A program made the translations under genes and the position numbers. A DNA stretch of 64,000 bases from a bacterium (GTDB lineage Archaea; Thermoplasmatota; E2; JACPAO01; JAHFTW01), in NCBI GenBank assembly GCA_040390065.1, contig JAZJZE010000010.1, positions 1-64,000 of the forward strand. The letters run 5' to 3'. Position 1 is the first letter of the stretch, and each line of letters opens with the position of its first letter. Under the pieces are notes generated by a model that saw only the letters and a program-made list of their open reading frames with translations, made no database searches and was not told where the DNA came from. This document shows positions 48,043 through 57,804 of the stretch, one piece after another.

Positions 48043-48687
48043 CTAGAAGCTCCCCACTTCCGCGACGGTCACTCCGACGCCGGCGGGTGCCGGCAGGAAT
48101 CCCATGGCGTGGATGATCTTGAACAAGTCGTCGGTGTCGGATGTCAGGTGCTGGTACAAAATCTGCATGTTCCCCGTGACTTTCAAGTTCACATTTCCGC
48201 TAAATGAAGCATAGCAGATGGCGTCCAATGTCGCATAGGCATAGTCGCTGGATTGGACGGCCGCGAGGAACTGGATGACGCGGCGAAAGTCGCCGTCCTG
48301 CAGGACGGTGCCCACGAAGTCCTCGTAGGTCATCGTGTAGGTGGCGGGGGGCTGGACGGCGTCGTCGTAATTGGCGATGCCTGGGTAGGTGCCGGCGTCG
48401 GGGTCGTCGTAATCGACGAGCGGCAGGAAGACCTTGGACAGGTCGACCGAGAAAAATCTGCGGGTGACGCCTCGAAATTTTCCGAGCGTGTCGAGCTGCT
48501 TTCCGGCGGCCGTCTCGAGGTTGAAGGCATCGCGGACCTGGCCGTAGATGGCGTTGGCGATGACCCCGAAGTCGCCGTCTCCGACCATGAGAGCGCCGAT
48601 CGTGGCGTTGGCTCGCGGCTTGGTCACGTACTGCGAAATGAGCAGATTCGTGTAATAGGTCTGCAGGTCGGCGGCGGTCTGGTTCAT
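48043..48687 (-). CDS. Baseplate wedge protein (DUF2612-like)
   Basis: Y..LLISQY..KPRA; AFNLETAAGKQLDTLG; LPAPAGV. Confidence 0.82.
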   Translation of the reverse strand: MNQTAADLQTYYTNLLISQYVTKPRANATIGALMVGDGDFGVIANAIYGQVRDAFNLETAAGKQLDTLGKFRGVTRRFFSVDLSKVFLPLVDYDDPDAGTYPGIANYDDAVQPPATYTMTYEDFVGTVLQDGDFRRVIQFLAAVQSSDYAYATLDAICYASFSGNVNLKVTGNMQILYQHLTSDTDDLFKIIHAMGFLPAPAGVGVTVAEVGSF

Positions 48688-48690
48688 GGG

Positions 48691-49863
48691 CTAGGTGATG
48701 TCGATGTCGGCGGCGGCGAGCGTGAAGAAGTATTTATCCGAGGTCGTGTCGACGGTGTCGGTGTAGGACATGCCGTCGGTGGAGACGCCGACCGAGACGA
48801 GGATGGCGCGTGGCTCCACGGCGAACATGGCGCGGACGATGTCGCCGATGCTGGCGACCTGACTGAGCTTCCAGTGGTTGAGCAGGGCGGCGGCCAGCTC
48901 CTGCTTGAGGAGGGTGGTGTTGAAGGTCAGGCCGGCGACGGTGGGGATGATGCCGAACTGGACGTAGAGCCGCTGCTCGAGGCCGGCGTCCCAGGACATG
49001 GTGGCCAGCTGGCCGTTGGGGCGGGTGACGTCGTATGTGAGGGCGCCGCGCATGCCGCAGCCGGGGGCGAGCTTGCCGTAGAGAGCGGCGGCGATCTCGA
49101 CGTCCGTGCCGCCGACGACGATGGCCCAGATGCTGTGGGCGGGGGTGCCGTCGACGGTGCCGTTGGTGGCGTTGTTGATGACGAGCGCGTCGGTGACGTC
49201 GGTGATGGCCTGCAGAGCGGCCTCGACGGCGTCGGCGGGGCTCGTGGCGGCGAGTTGGAAGCTCTTGGCGCGGCGGATGCGCAGCTCGACGTCGGTCTCC
49301 TCTGCCTGTCCAAGGACGGCGCCGGCGACGGTCGGGTTGTTGACGTCGGTGACGCCGGACAGGGGGGTGGCCTGGATCGTGATCGTGTTGGGCAGGGGCG
49401 TGATCGGGCCCAGGGAGGCGGCCTGGAAGACGAGCGCCTGCGTGTCGGCGGCGCTGAAGGTGTAGCTCGAGATGAGGGTCCAGACGGTGTTGGCGTCTCG
49501 GACCTGGAACGGGATGAGGATGTCCTGGTCGAGGCCGGGAAGGGTGAGCGCGCGGTCGGTCGTGATCTCGACGGGGGTGGTCGTGAAGGTCCCGTTCTTG
49601 ATCGTCATGCCGTTGATGGCGCAGAGGCGCTGCAGGCTGATGCCGTAGGCGGTGTCCGGGTCGAACATGTTGTAGATGTCGACGAGCAGGTCCTCCACGT
49701 CGGAGACGGCCTGGGAGAAGATGCCGACCATCTGGCCGTCGGGCGACTCGCTATCGAGGTTGATGTCGGCGCCGTAGATGGCGAAGAGGGCGTTTTTGAG
49801 GCTCGTGGCGATCTCGTCGGTCGTGGCGACCTGCAGGCCGGTGGCGTTGATGAGGTTCGGCAT
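48691..49863 (-). CDS. Baseplate J/gp47-like protein
   Basis: YGADINLDSESPDGQ, FDPDTAYG..L..L, GQAEETDVELRIRR. Confidence 0.88.
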   Translation of the reverse strand: MPNLINATGLQVATTDEIATSLKNALFAIYGADINLDSESPDGQMVGIFSQAVSDVEDLLVDIYNMFDPDTAYGISLQRLCAINGMTIKNGTFTTTPVEITTDRALTLPGLDQDILIPFQVRDANTVWTLISSYTFSAADTQALVFQAASLGPITPLPNTITIQATPLSGVTDVNNPTVAGAVLGQAEETDVELRIRRAKSFQLAATSPADAVEAALQAITDVTDALVINNATNGTVDGTPAHSIWAIVVGGTDVEIAAALYGKLAPGCGMRGALTYDVTRPNGQLATMSWDAGLEQRLYVQFGIIPTVAGLTFNTTLLKQELAAALLNHWKLSQVASIGDIVRAMFAVEPRAILVSVGVSTDGMSYTDTVDTTSDKYFFTLAAADIDIT

Positions 49864-49866
49864 AAT

Positions 49867-50235
49867 TTAGCTCTGTGCTCCGGTGATGTTGTCGAGCGTC
49901 GCCTGGTAGGAGCGCGTGAAGACGGTCTGGATTTCGTAGGTCATCGACTCGGCGCGGGTGCGCGGGTCGAGGCGGAAGCTCATGGAGTTGATCTTGACGA
50001 CGCCGGGCGTCTGCATGATGCAGTTGCCCATGGCCAGCTCGAAGTCCTTGCGGCGCCCTTTCTCGAGGAGGTTGGTATAGTCGATGCCGTCGTCGGGCGC
50101 GAAGAAGCAGCCGCCAGCGCGGGAGCGGATGCGGGCCGCGATGTCGAGGGCGAGGGCGTCCTGGTCCTTGGCGTAGCTGCCAAGGCCCTGGCCTAGCAGC
50201 CAATCACCGTTGGAGTCAAGTCCTCGAAACTTCAT
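49867..50235 (-). CDS. Baseplate sheath-initiator (gp25/gp46-like)
   Basis: RGLDSNGDWLLGQG...FFAPDDGIDY...TPGV. Confidence 0.72.
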   Translation of the reverse strand: MKFRGLDSNGDWLLGQGLGSYAKDQDALALDIAARIRSRAGGCFFAPDDGIDYTNLLEKGRRKDFELAMGNCIMQTPGVVKINSMSFRLDPRTRAESMTYEIQTVFTRSYQATLDNITGAQS

Positions 50236-50256
50236 CGGGATATCCTCGTCATGGGG

Positions 50257-50961
50257 CTAGTATAGCAGGGCCTCGAGCCGCGCCTGCAGCAGCGCGAGCT
50301 GCGCGCTGGCCGTGACGGCGGCCGCGGCGGCGTTGGGGATGACGGCCGCGTCGGCCTGGATCCCGGTGTTCAGATCGGTCAGGATTGTCAGCAGGTCGGT
50401 CAGGATCGGCCCCAGGCTCTCGCCGGTGCCGCCCTGGATCGTCACGAGGTCGGTGTCGGCGTCGATGGCGACCTTGGCCAGGGCCGTCGCCAGGCCGCCC
50501 TCGCGGCCCTCCAGGGCCGTCGGCAGGGCATTGGCGATGCTGTTGGGGCCGACGATGGCGAAGCCGTCAGATATGTCGTGCTGGCGCTTGTCCGGAGGCG
50601 TCTGCTGGCCGCCGGCGGCGTGCCAGGCGTCGATGTTGAAGTCCGCGAAGACGACCAGGCACTCGTCGCCCTTGCCGTCTGGGCTCGTGTCGGACGCCTT
50701 GACCGGCAGGCCCAGGTGCAGGCCGCCGCCCTGCAGCGTGAGGACGGGGACGTCGAGCAGGGGGGCGGGGACCGTGAGGACGGTGCCGTCGTTGAGCACG
50801 AAGTTCTCGCCGATGACGACGGAGGCCGTGTGCTTGGCGGCGTCGTAGGTCTTGATGTAGCCGGGCATGCAGACGCGCAGCTTGGAGCCGACGTCGTCGG
50901 CGTGCAGCTCGAAGACCTCGGCCAGGGTCGGCGCCACGACGAATTTGCCGTTGATCCTCAT
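50257..50961 (-). CDS. Baseplate spike (Gp138-N-like OB fold)
   Basis: CMPGYI..YD...DVPV...GDECLVVFAD..ID.W...HDISDGFAI. Confidence 0.85.
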   Translation of the reverse strand: MRINGKFVVAPTLAEVFELHADDVGSKLRVCMPGYIKTYDAAKHTASVVIGENFVLNDGTVLTVPAPLLDVPVLTLQGGGLHLGLPVKASDTSPDGKGDECLVVFADFNIDAWHAAGGQQTPPDKRQHDISDGFAIVGPNSIANALPTALEGREGGLATALAKVAIDADTDLVTIQGGTGESLGPILTDLLTILTDLNTGIQADAAVIPNAAAAAVTASAQLALLQARLEALLY

Positions 50962-51872
50962 AGGGTCGGGACCGTTTCCAGGCCTTCCTTCGGGTGGAAC
51001 AGGCTAAATGCCGTCACGACCCCGCCGTCCTTGGCGCCCGAAATGATGCCGCGGTGGCTGACGGCGTCGACGCGGAAGTCGCCGTTGATGCTGGGCTCGA
51101 CCGTGCTGTCGACCTGCAGGCGCTGGCCGGCGTAGACGCGGGGCTCGAAGATCATCTCGGCGTCCACGGTCCAGCCGGAGCGGCGCGGGGTGCCCATGAG
51201 GCCGGTGCTGGCGTCGAGCTTGGGGATGGCGCCGGGGAAGAGGAGCGAGTCGGAGGCGCTCAGGAGGTAGACCTTCTCCATGTTGATGAAGGCGACGCCG
51301 TTGTTGGCGCCGGCCAGGCGCTTGAGGACGTCCCAGGTGGATCCCAGCCACGTCACGCCGCGGGTGCTCGTCAGGCCGTCGAAGAGGCTGCCGACCGCGC
51401 CCAGGGTCACGCCGTGCTGGTTCATCGTCTTGACGAGCTTGGCGACCTCCGCCTTGGCTCCCCACGGGTGCGCGCTGCTGCTGGCCACCTGCGACCGCTG
51501 AACGGCGTCCTGGCCGTCCATGACGCAGATGTCGGTGATGACGTCGGCGCTGCCGCTGTCGCGGTAGGAGAAGGCCTTGCTGATGTTGCCCTGGAAGATG
51601 ACGGGCTGGTAGCCCTCGGAGAGGTAGCCGGCGCTGAACTGGAAGGTGCGCCTGATGACGTGGCCGCCTCCGTCGATGTCGATGGCGCTGTCGAACTGGA
51701 TGTCTCGGCGCTTCTCGGCGCTGAGGTTGTAGATCATGAAGTGCGCCGAGTTGATGCCCTGGGTCAGGCGGCTGCTCGTCTCGAAGACGCAGGTGAGGGG
51801 ATCGGTGAAGGTGTAGAGCGTGCCGGAGCGGCCCTGGACCTCCATCTTGAACGTCCGCTGGAACTTGCTCAC
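50958..51872 (-). CDS. Baseplate hub protein
   Basis: IYNLS...SAGY...IFQGNI; TGLMGTP; V.HRG. Confidence 0.78.
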   Translation of the reverse strand: MSKFQRTFKMEVQGRSGTLYTFTDPLTCVFETSSRLTQGINSAHFMIYNLSAEKRRDIQFDSAIDIDGGGHVIRRTFQFSAGYLSEGYQPVIFQGNISKAFSYRDSGSADVITDICVMDGQDAVQRSQVASSSAHPWGAKAEVAKLVKTMNQHGVTLGAVGSLFDGLTSTRGVTWLGSTWDVLKRLAGANNGVAFINMEKVYLLSASDSLLFPGAIPKLDASTGLMGTPRRSGWTVDAEMIFEPRVYAGQRLQVDSTVEPSINGDFRVDAVSHRGIISGAKDGGVVTAFSLFHPKEGLETVPTL

Positions 51873-52222
51873 GCGATGGCCGCCTCGGCGTCCTCGAGGT
51901 CGGTGCGGCCGTTGGAGCCGTCGAGGACGGTGATGGTGACGCGCGGCGGCGTGCCGGCGAGGTCGTCGGCCATGAACGGGTCGGTGCCGTCGGCGGTCGA
52001 GACCTTGAGGCCGAAGGGGATGATATGGCGCCAGATGCGCAGGAGATTTGGGCCGCTCGAGAGGCCAACGCCGAGGGCCACGAATACGCCGCGCGTGACG
52101 TCGACGGTCCAGCGCTGGATGGCGGGCCGGTAGCGAAACGTCAGCGTGACCGTCGAGCCGTCCGCGAGCACGGCGAGGGAGGTCTGGTTGCCGGCGGTCG
52201 TCAGGTTGTTGATGGCGAACAT
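51869..52222 (-). CDS. Small baseplate protein
   Basis: Synteny between hub and Dit-like gene; LTFRYR...WTVDV. Confidence 0.6.
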   Translation of the reverse strand: MFAINNLTTAGNQTSLAVLADGSTVTLTFRYRPAIQRWTVDVTRGVFVALGVGLSSGPNLLRIWRHIIPFGLKVSTADGTDPFMADDLAGTPPRVTITVLDGSNGRTDLEDAEAAIA

Positions 52223-52227
52223 TGGGC

Positions 52228-53028
52228 CTACCCGCCGCTCGCCGCCACGGTGCCGTTGTGGGTCGGCAGCTGGCTGCCGCGGGCGTTGTCCTGGCTCGCG
52301 GCGACCAAGGACGGCGCGGTGCGGATCTCGACCAAGCGCACGATGATGTCGGCCCAGCCGCGGGTCTCGTCGGGGGAGACCATCACCAGGCTCTCGATGA
52401 ACATGGGGCCGTTGAGCCGGTTGCCGTCGAGGTCGATGCCGTTGTTGCCGCCGAACGTGGCCCACGGCGTGACGACGGCGAATGGGATCCCGCTCTGGCG
52501 CAGGGCGTTGAGCTTGTCGTAGGCCTGCTGGACCTTGGTCTTGGAGAAGAAGCCGATGAGCTTGACGACGCTGCCGCCGATGCTGGCGATCTGGGCGAGC
52601 TGGTTGATGATCTTGTCGGTCTGCGTCACGGCCTCCTGGAGCTTGACGGCGGTGCCTTTGGAATACTGGCCGATGTAGGGCTGGACGGGGGCCAGGGCCG
52701 AGGAGAGGGCGCGGATCGAGTTGATGATGCTCGTGCGCTTGAAGCTCGTCTCCGAGACGAAGCCGCGCATGACGATGACGACCGGCTTGAGGGCGCGGTG
52801 GTCCTGAAAAAATATATTGTCCTCGGAGTAGTGCGTCGTGATCTCGGCGCCCGCCTCGAGGCGCTCCTCGCCGATGTAGTCGAACTCGAAGCCGCCGATA
52901 TCCTTGGCCAGGATGGTGATGGCGTCGAGGCCTGCGATGCGGGGCACGAGGCCGGCCAGGATGTTCTTGACGATGCTCGCCGAGGCGACCGCTCCCTGGA
53001 CGCGGGGGATGAGGGTGACGAGGCTCAA
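52228..53028 (-). CDS. Dit-like tail tube initiator/baseplate protein
   Basis: TTG start overlaps the tape-measure stop; GFEFD...EITTHYSED...QDH...P; NMFIESL-like segment. Confidence 0.7.
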   Translation of the reverse strand: MSLVTLIPRVQGAVASASIVKNILAGLVPRIAGLDAITILAKDIGGFEFDYIGEERLEAGAEITTHYSEDNIFFQDHRALKPVVIVMRGFVSETSFKRTSIINSIRALSSALAPVQPYIGQYSKGTAVKLQEAVTQTDKIINQLAQIASIGGSVVKLIGFFSKTKVQQAYDKLNALRQSGIPFAVVTPWATFGGNNGIDLDGNRLNGPMFIESLVMVSPDETRGWADIIVRLVEIRTAPSLVAASQDNARGSQLPTHNGTVAASGG

Positions 53029-54095
53029 GGGGTATTCCCCCAGTTCTCGACGACGTCGCCGAAGTCGGCGTTGACCAGCTCGCGCTGGCGGAAGCTCTTG
53101 CTCTTGAGCGGCTTGCCGTTGTGCAGGAGGTTGACGGTCAGCTTGCCGTCCTTGTCGCGCTCGGCGCCGATGCGGTTGGCGTTGAACTTGGCGTCGAGGG
53201 CCGAGCCCAGGAGGGAGCCGACGCCGCCGGGGAAGAGCATGCCGCCGGCCAATGCCAGATTGTTCTTGCCGTGGATCGTGTCGGCCGCGGACTCGCCCAT
53301 GCGGTGCATCGACTTCTTCATTCCCGGCGAGTCGAGCAGGCGGTTGACGCCGTCGAGCAGGGACTTCATGGCGACCAGGATCTGGTCGACCATGGCGCCG
53401 CCGGAAAGCAGGCGGTCGAAGATGCCGACGACGTCCTGCTTGACGGCGATCCAGTCCATGTTGACCTTGTTCAGCTCGGAGGTCTGCTGGTCGCTGATCA
53501 CGTGCATCTTGTCGGGCCGGAAGGTGCCGGCGCGCATGGCCTTGATCTCGCGGAAGATGTCGGGGCCGGCGCCGCCGAAGAGCTGATCTAGCGCCGCCTC
53601 CTGCTGCTCCTTGTCGAGGGACTGGTATTGGCTGCCGTTCTTGGCCATCTCGCGCATGTAGTCCATCGCGTCCTTGAGGATCGCGTGGCCGCCCTTGTCG
53701 AAGCCCTTGGTCGTGGACATGCCCAGGAGGGTTCCGACGACGGCGGGCGTGCCGCCGCCGGCGGCGATGCGCTTGTTCATCTCGTGGACGGCCTCGATCG
53801 CCTTGATGATGCTGCCCGTGTGGCCGACGACCTGCGCCGCGGCCGCCTCCCACTGCTGGACGATCTTTGGGTCGGCGCCGGTGAGGTCGTGGAGGGCGGT
53901 CAGCTCGACGGCGGTGCTCGTGGCCGCCGAGGCCATGCCCATGAGCGCGGAGGTCACCTTGCTCAGGATGCCGACCGAGCCCAAGCTGACGACGTCGAGT
54001 TCGCCCAGGGCGCCGACGAGCTGGTGGACGGAGAGGTTGCCCGAGGCCGCATCGACGGCCAGCGAAATGAACATCTCCCCGACCTTGGTCGCCAC
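53025..54095 (-). CDS. Tape measure protein (short)
   Basis: Follows the chaperone pair; N-terminal VGEMFISL; helical Ala/Gly-rich. Confidence 0.7.
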   Translation of the reverse strand: MATKVGEMFISLAVDAASGNLSVHQLVGALGELDVVSLGSVGILSKVTSALMGMASAATSTAVELTALHDLTGADPKIVQQWEAAAAQVVGHTGSIIKAIEAVHEMNKRIAAGGGTPAVVGTLLGMSTTKGFDKGGHAILKDAMDYMREMAKNGSQYQSLDKEQQEAALDQLFGGAGPDIFREIKAMRAGTFRPDKMHVISDQQTSELNKVNMDWIAVKQDVVGIFDRLLSGGAMVDQILVAMKSLLDGVNRLLDSPGMKKSMHRMGESAADTIHGKNNLALAGGMLFPGGVGSLLGSALDAKFNANRIGAERDKDGKLTVNLLHNGKPLKSKSFRQRELVNADFGDVVENWGNTP

Positions 54096-54350
54096 TCAGC
54101 GCTCCTTGTTCATCTCGACGTAGACGCTTTCGTACTCGTTTTTCATCGCCTCGTACTGGACCGCTCGCATGACCCAGTCCGCCCTGCCCTTCATCACGCG
54201 CTCCGGGTCGCCGCCGTAGTAGCCCGCCGAGGCGAGCCGCAGGGCGACGACGTCGGCCTCTTTTAAGCCGGCGCCGAGTTCGACTTTGGGATGTCGGCGC
54301 TGATCCCCATGAGGGCCATGAACATGGAAAGCAGCGCCGGCCCAAAAGGG
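54096..54350 (-). CDS. Tail assembly chaperone C-terminal extension (gpT-like), reached by -1 frameshift
   Basis: The -1 frame is open from CCCTTTT (54344-54350) to LRLASAGYYGGDP...EMNKER*. Confidence 0.7.
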   Translation of the reverse strand, partial: PFWAGAAFHVHGPHGDQRRHPKVELGAGLKEADVVALRLASAGYYGGDPERVMKGRADWVMRAVQYEAMKNEYESVYVEMNKER

Positions 54351-54817
54351 CGAAGGTTCTCCTCCCCGATCGCCTTGCAGATGTCGTAGAAGTCGCCGCG
54401 CGCCTGGAGCATGCAGGCGGGGTTGTCGAAGACGCCGTAGCCGGGCGCGGCGGGGTCGAGCTGGATGGAGGACGCCTCGCTTCCGTTGGGGCGGTAGACC
54501 GCCTTGTCGGAGCACGCGAAGAGGGCGGACTTGACCGTCCTCGAGCCGATGACCGTGATGAGCTTGTCGACGATGAAGTTGAGGCCGGCGTCGCCCTCGC
54601 TGGTCTCCTCGACCGGCTTGCCGGCGGCCTTGGCCGCGCGCGCCTTGATGCCGACCACGAACGCCTTCTGGACGCTGGCGGCGTCGATGGCGCCGAGTCC
54701 CCCGCCGCGGGCCTCGGCGAAGAGCGCATCGTGAAGGGCCATCACCTTCTCGTACTCCGAGACGCTCACGTAGAGCGTGGCTCCGCTCGGCATCGGATAC
54801 AGCGTGCCGTTCTCCAT
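54263..54817 (-). CDS. Tail assembly chaperone (gpG-like)
   Basis: Between tube and tape measure; contains the slippery site near its 3' end. Confidence 0.72.
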   Translation of the reverse strand: MENGTLYPMPSGATLYVSVSEYEKVMALHDALFAEARGGGLGAIDAASVQKAFVVGIKARAAKAAGKPVEETSEGDAGLNFIVDKLITVIGSRTVKSALFACSDKAVYRPNGSEASSIQLDPAAPGYGVFDNPACMLQARGDFYDICKAIGEENLRPFGPALLSMFMALMGISADIPKSNSAPA

Positions 54818-54850
54818 CTCCCCCTCCCCCTGCCTGGTTCGGCTGCGGCG

Positions 54851-55309
54851 TTACTGCATGAGGCGCGCGTCGTTGCGGAAGAACAGCGTGTAGACGGTGA
54901 CGGCCTGCTCGGTGCTGCCGTCCATGTTCGAGTGGCCGGCGGGGATCGTCTCGAAGACGCCGCCGGCGAGCTGGTAGACCTCGTTGGTCGTCGCGCCCTT
55001 GCCGTCGCCGACGCGCTTGACGTAGGAGCCCGCCATGAGCGCGAAGGAGGCGGGGTCGGCGATCCACTGCTGGAGCTTGCCGTTGAGGACCTGGTCGTCG
55101 AAGCAGGCGCGCACGAGGCGCACGGAGAGCTTGACGAGGATGCCGGTGTACTGCAGGGCGACGATCGTGTTGCCGTCCTTGGAGACCTTGTACTGCGAGA
55201 TCGGCCCCTGGGGCTCGCACTTGATCGCGTCCCCGTCGGCGTAGCCGGTGAGGATCTGGCCGTCGAGGATCAGAACGTCCTTGCCGGCGATGGCGCTGAT
55301 TCCGTTCAT
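54851..55309 (-). CDS. Tail tube protein (DUF3277-like)
   Basis: 152 aa directly after the sheath; ILTGYADGDAI. Confidence 0.72.
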   Translation of the reverse strand: MNGISAIAGKDVLILDGQILTGYADGDAIKCEPQGPISQYKVSKDGNTIVALQYTGILVKLSVRLVRACFDDQVLNGKLQQWIADPASFALMAGSYVKRVGDGKGATTNEVYQLAGGVFETIPAGHSNMDGSTEQAVTVYTLFFRNDARLMQ

Positions 55310-55327
55310 GGTGGTGGTCTCCCTGGG

Positions 55328-56509
55328 TTACGGCTGCATCTGCACGAGCACGTCGGAGGACTGGATCGCGCCGGCGAGCTTGGCGGCGATCTGGACGAGC
55401 GGGGCCTTGCGCGCGACGCGGTCGGCCGGCGCCTGCAGAGCGACGGGCTGCGAGAAGACGAAGTAGCCGACGTTGGCGATGTTCGAGCGGAACAGCGCCT
55501 GGGGCACGCCGGCGGGAACGGCGCCGGTCCAGGCCCCGGGGGCGATGACGCCGGCGGCCTTGGCCTGCTCGCAGATGCCGCGGTAGGCGTCCTTGAGGCC
55601 GCTCATCCCTTCCTCGGTCTGGGGGATCTTGAAGTTGATGGGCAGGAGGAAGTTGAAGCCGGCGACCTGCAGCGCGCTGGCGAACCAGTCATCGTTGTAG
55701 ACCTCGTCGAACCACTTGTTGGCGCCCGAGCAGAAGACGGCGGGGACGCCGGCGATGCTCACGTAGACGTCGATGCCGGCGGTCAGGGCGAGGTTGAGCT
55801 GGGTCTGGCCGACGGTCTGGTCGGGCACGATGCCGACGAGCTGCTTGCCGTGCATGGTGATGGCGGTGCCGACGCCGGTGAAGTCGACGGAGAGGCCGCG
55901 GCCGAGGTAGGCGGCGGCGAACATCTGGGTCTGCTGGACGGCGGCGCCGTTGAGCAGGGCGGTGCCGTAGTAGAACATGCGGCCGCGGTACTCGCTCTCC
56001 TGGCGGATGATGTCGAGGGGGCTGCCGGGCTGGAGGTCGTTGACGTTGCTCGAGGCGTAGCCGAACAGCTTGCCGGCGGCCTGGAGGGCGGCGACCAGGA
56101 GGGCGAACTCGGCGCCGTCGGAGGCGGCCAGCTCGTTGTCGATGAGGACGCCGTAGTAGAAGACCGAGTTGCCGATGCGCACGATGGCCGCGCGCACGCT
56201 CTCGCCGCCGCCGCCGGGCAGCAGGGGGATGACGACCAGGTAGCCGCCGGTGCCGATCGGGTTGGGGGTCTGGGCGAAGAACTTGACGGCCATGGCGTAG
56301 GCGTTGGAGTTGACGCCGAAGTCGGTGGCGACGGGGGCGGGGTCCTTGTAGACGCCGTAGGTCTGGCCGTCGGCCCAGCCGCTGGGCTGGTCGGACGTGA
56401 AGAGGGCGACCGTGTTGATGATCGGCATGCCGAGCGTGGCGGGCGTGGGGAGCACGGTGACCGTGATCACGTTGACGAGGGGCAGCGTCTGGCCGTTCTG
56501 GATGCTCAT
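55328..56509 (-). CDS. Tail sheath protein (DUF3383-like)
   Basis: VATDFG..S..Y, TMHGKQLVGI, KIPQTEEG, GVIAPG.W, ARKAP...AGAI. Confidence 0.85.
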   Translation of the reverse strand: MSIQNGQTLPLVNVITVTVLPTPATLGMPIINTVALFTSDQPSGWADGQTYGVYKDPAPVATDFGVNSNAYAMAVKFFAQTPNPIGTGGYLVVIPLLPGGGGESVRAAIVRIGNSVFYYGVLIDNELAASDGAEFALLVAALQAAGKLFGYASSNVNDLQPGSPLDIIRQESEYRGRMFYYGTALLNGAAVQQTQMFAAAYLGRGLSVDFTGVGTAITMHGKQLVGIVPDQTVGQTQLNLALTAGIDVYVSIAGVPAVFCSGANKWFDEVYNDDWFASALQVAGFNFLLPINFKIPQTEEGMSGLKDAYRGICEQAKAAGVIAPGAWTGAVPAGVPQALFRSNIANVGYFVFSQPVALQAPADRVARKAPLVQIAAKLAGAIQSSDVLVQMQP

Positions 56510-56523
56510 GGGGGTGGTCTCCT

Positions 56524-57096
56524 CTATCCTTGCTCCGCCACCTGGGGCGGGTTGACGGCCGCGTCGAAGCCTGGGCGGATGTTGAACTTGTCGAAGTAAT
56601 CGGCTCGCGGCGGCTCCTTCACCTTCTGGTGCAGGGCGGTCACGTTCACGTGGACCACGAAGCGCTGCAGGCGCATCGTGACCTCGGTCTCGGAGGCGTC
56701 GACGGGAGTCTGGGCGCGGCCGATCTGGACGCCGTAGCGGGCGGCGGCCTGCTGGGCGAGGAAGGAGTTGAGCGCGAGGCCGATCTCCTCCTTGCGCAGT
56801 CGGGCCTCGGGGCCGAAGCTCATCAGCTCGACGCGGACGTCGTGGATGACGGTGCTCTGCTGGATCTCCTTGCCGAAGTTGGGGGAGGTCTCGTCGGTCT
56901 CGAGGTAGGTGACGCCGCCGATGGGCGGGGCGGCCTGGTCGAAGACGACGACGAAAAGCTGCCGATCGGGGGGGATGTCCCAGGCCTGGTTGCCCAGGAG
57001 GCAGTGGGCCTCGTCGAGGGCCAGCTCGGCCAGGAGGACGTCGGCGACGATCTTGGCGACCTCGCGCTCGAGCGTGCCGGAGGCGGGGGCGGTCAT
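56524..57096 (-). CDS. Neck/tail terminator protein
   Basis: Synteny immediately upstream of the sheath. Confidence 0.6.
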   Translation of the reverse strand: MTAPASGTLEREVAKIVADVLLAELALDEAHCLLGNQAWDIPPDRQLFVVVFDQAAPPIGGVTYLETDETSPNFGKEIQQSTVIHDVRVELMSFGPEARLRKEEIGLALNSFLAQQAAARYGVQIGRAQTPVDASETEVTMRLQRFVVHVNVTALHQKVKEPPRADYFDKFNIRPGFDAAVNPPQVAEQG

Positions 57097-57443
57097 GCGC
57101 TGGCCTCGCGCGGCGCCTCGGCGAACTGGTAAGCGTAGATGCGGGCCTGGCTGAGGTCGGAGACCTCCATGACCTCGTAGACCTTCCGCCGGTCCTTGTC
57201 GACGCGCAGGAACCAGCCCAGTTCGAGGCGGACGCTGCTGGTGCCCTCCCACCACTTCCAGGAGCGCTGGCCCTCGGGCTTGACCATGAGCTTTCGCGCC
57301 GGCATGGGCAGGAGGACGACGCTGGCGCGCAGGAGGTCGCGGTGGTCCTGGACGGCCTCGAAGTCGACGACCTTCTGCTTGATGACCTGGACCGAGACGC
57401 GGCGGCCCAGGCCCCGCAGCGCCTGGCGCATGTTGGGCATCAT
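57093..57443 (-). CDS. Head closure protein
   Basis: L..KPEGQRSWKW motif; synteny. Confidence 0.6.
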   Translation of the reverse strand: MMPNMRQALRGLGRRVSVQVIKQKVVDFEAVQDHRDLLRASVVLLPMPARKLMVKPEGQRSWKWWEGTSSVRLELGWFLRVDKDRRKVYEVMEVSDLSQARIYAYQFAEAPREASA

Positions 57444-57447
57444 GCGG

Positions 57448-57804
57448 TCAGCCTCCCACCACGCAGGTCAGCTTGCCGCCGATGGCGGTGCTGATCGTGA
57501 TGTCGGAGGCGAGCGCGTTGTAGAGAAAGAACGGCTGCCCGAGAGGGACGGCGTGGGTCTGGCCCTTGTAGGTCACGATGAGGTCGGCGAGCGTGGCCGC
57601 GTAGAGGGCGACGATCTTGCCGGTGGTCACGCCGGACGGGAAAGGCAGCGAGGCGCCGGCGGTCGCGGCCGGCAGGACGACGTCCTGGGCGAGCGCGCCG
57701 ACGGGGCAGACGACGCCGACGCCGGCGAAGGGGACCGGGTTGGGGTTGGGCGACAGGCTCGTGTCCTTGAGGGAGAGCGTGGCGGCCGGCGTGATCGTGG
57801 TCAT
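57448..57804 (-). CDS. Hypothetical virion protein
   Basis: 118 aa in the neck module. Confidence 0.55.
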   Translation of the reverse strand: MTTITPAATLSLKDTSLSPNPNPVPFAGVGVVCPVGALAQDVVLPAATAGASLPFPSGVTTGKIVALYAATLADLIVTYKGQTHAVPLGQPFFLYNALASDITISTAIGGKLTCVVGG

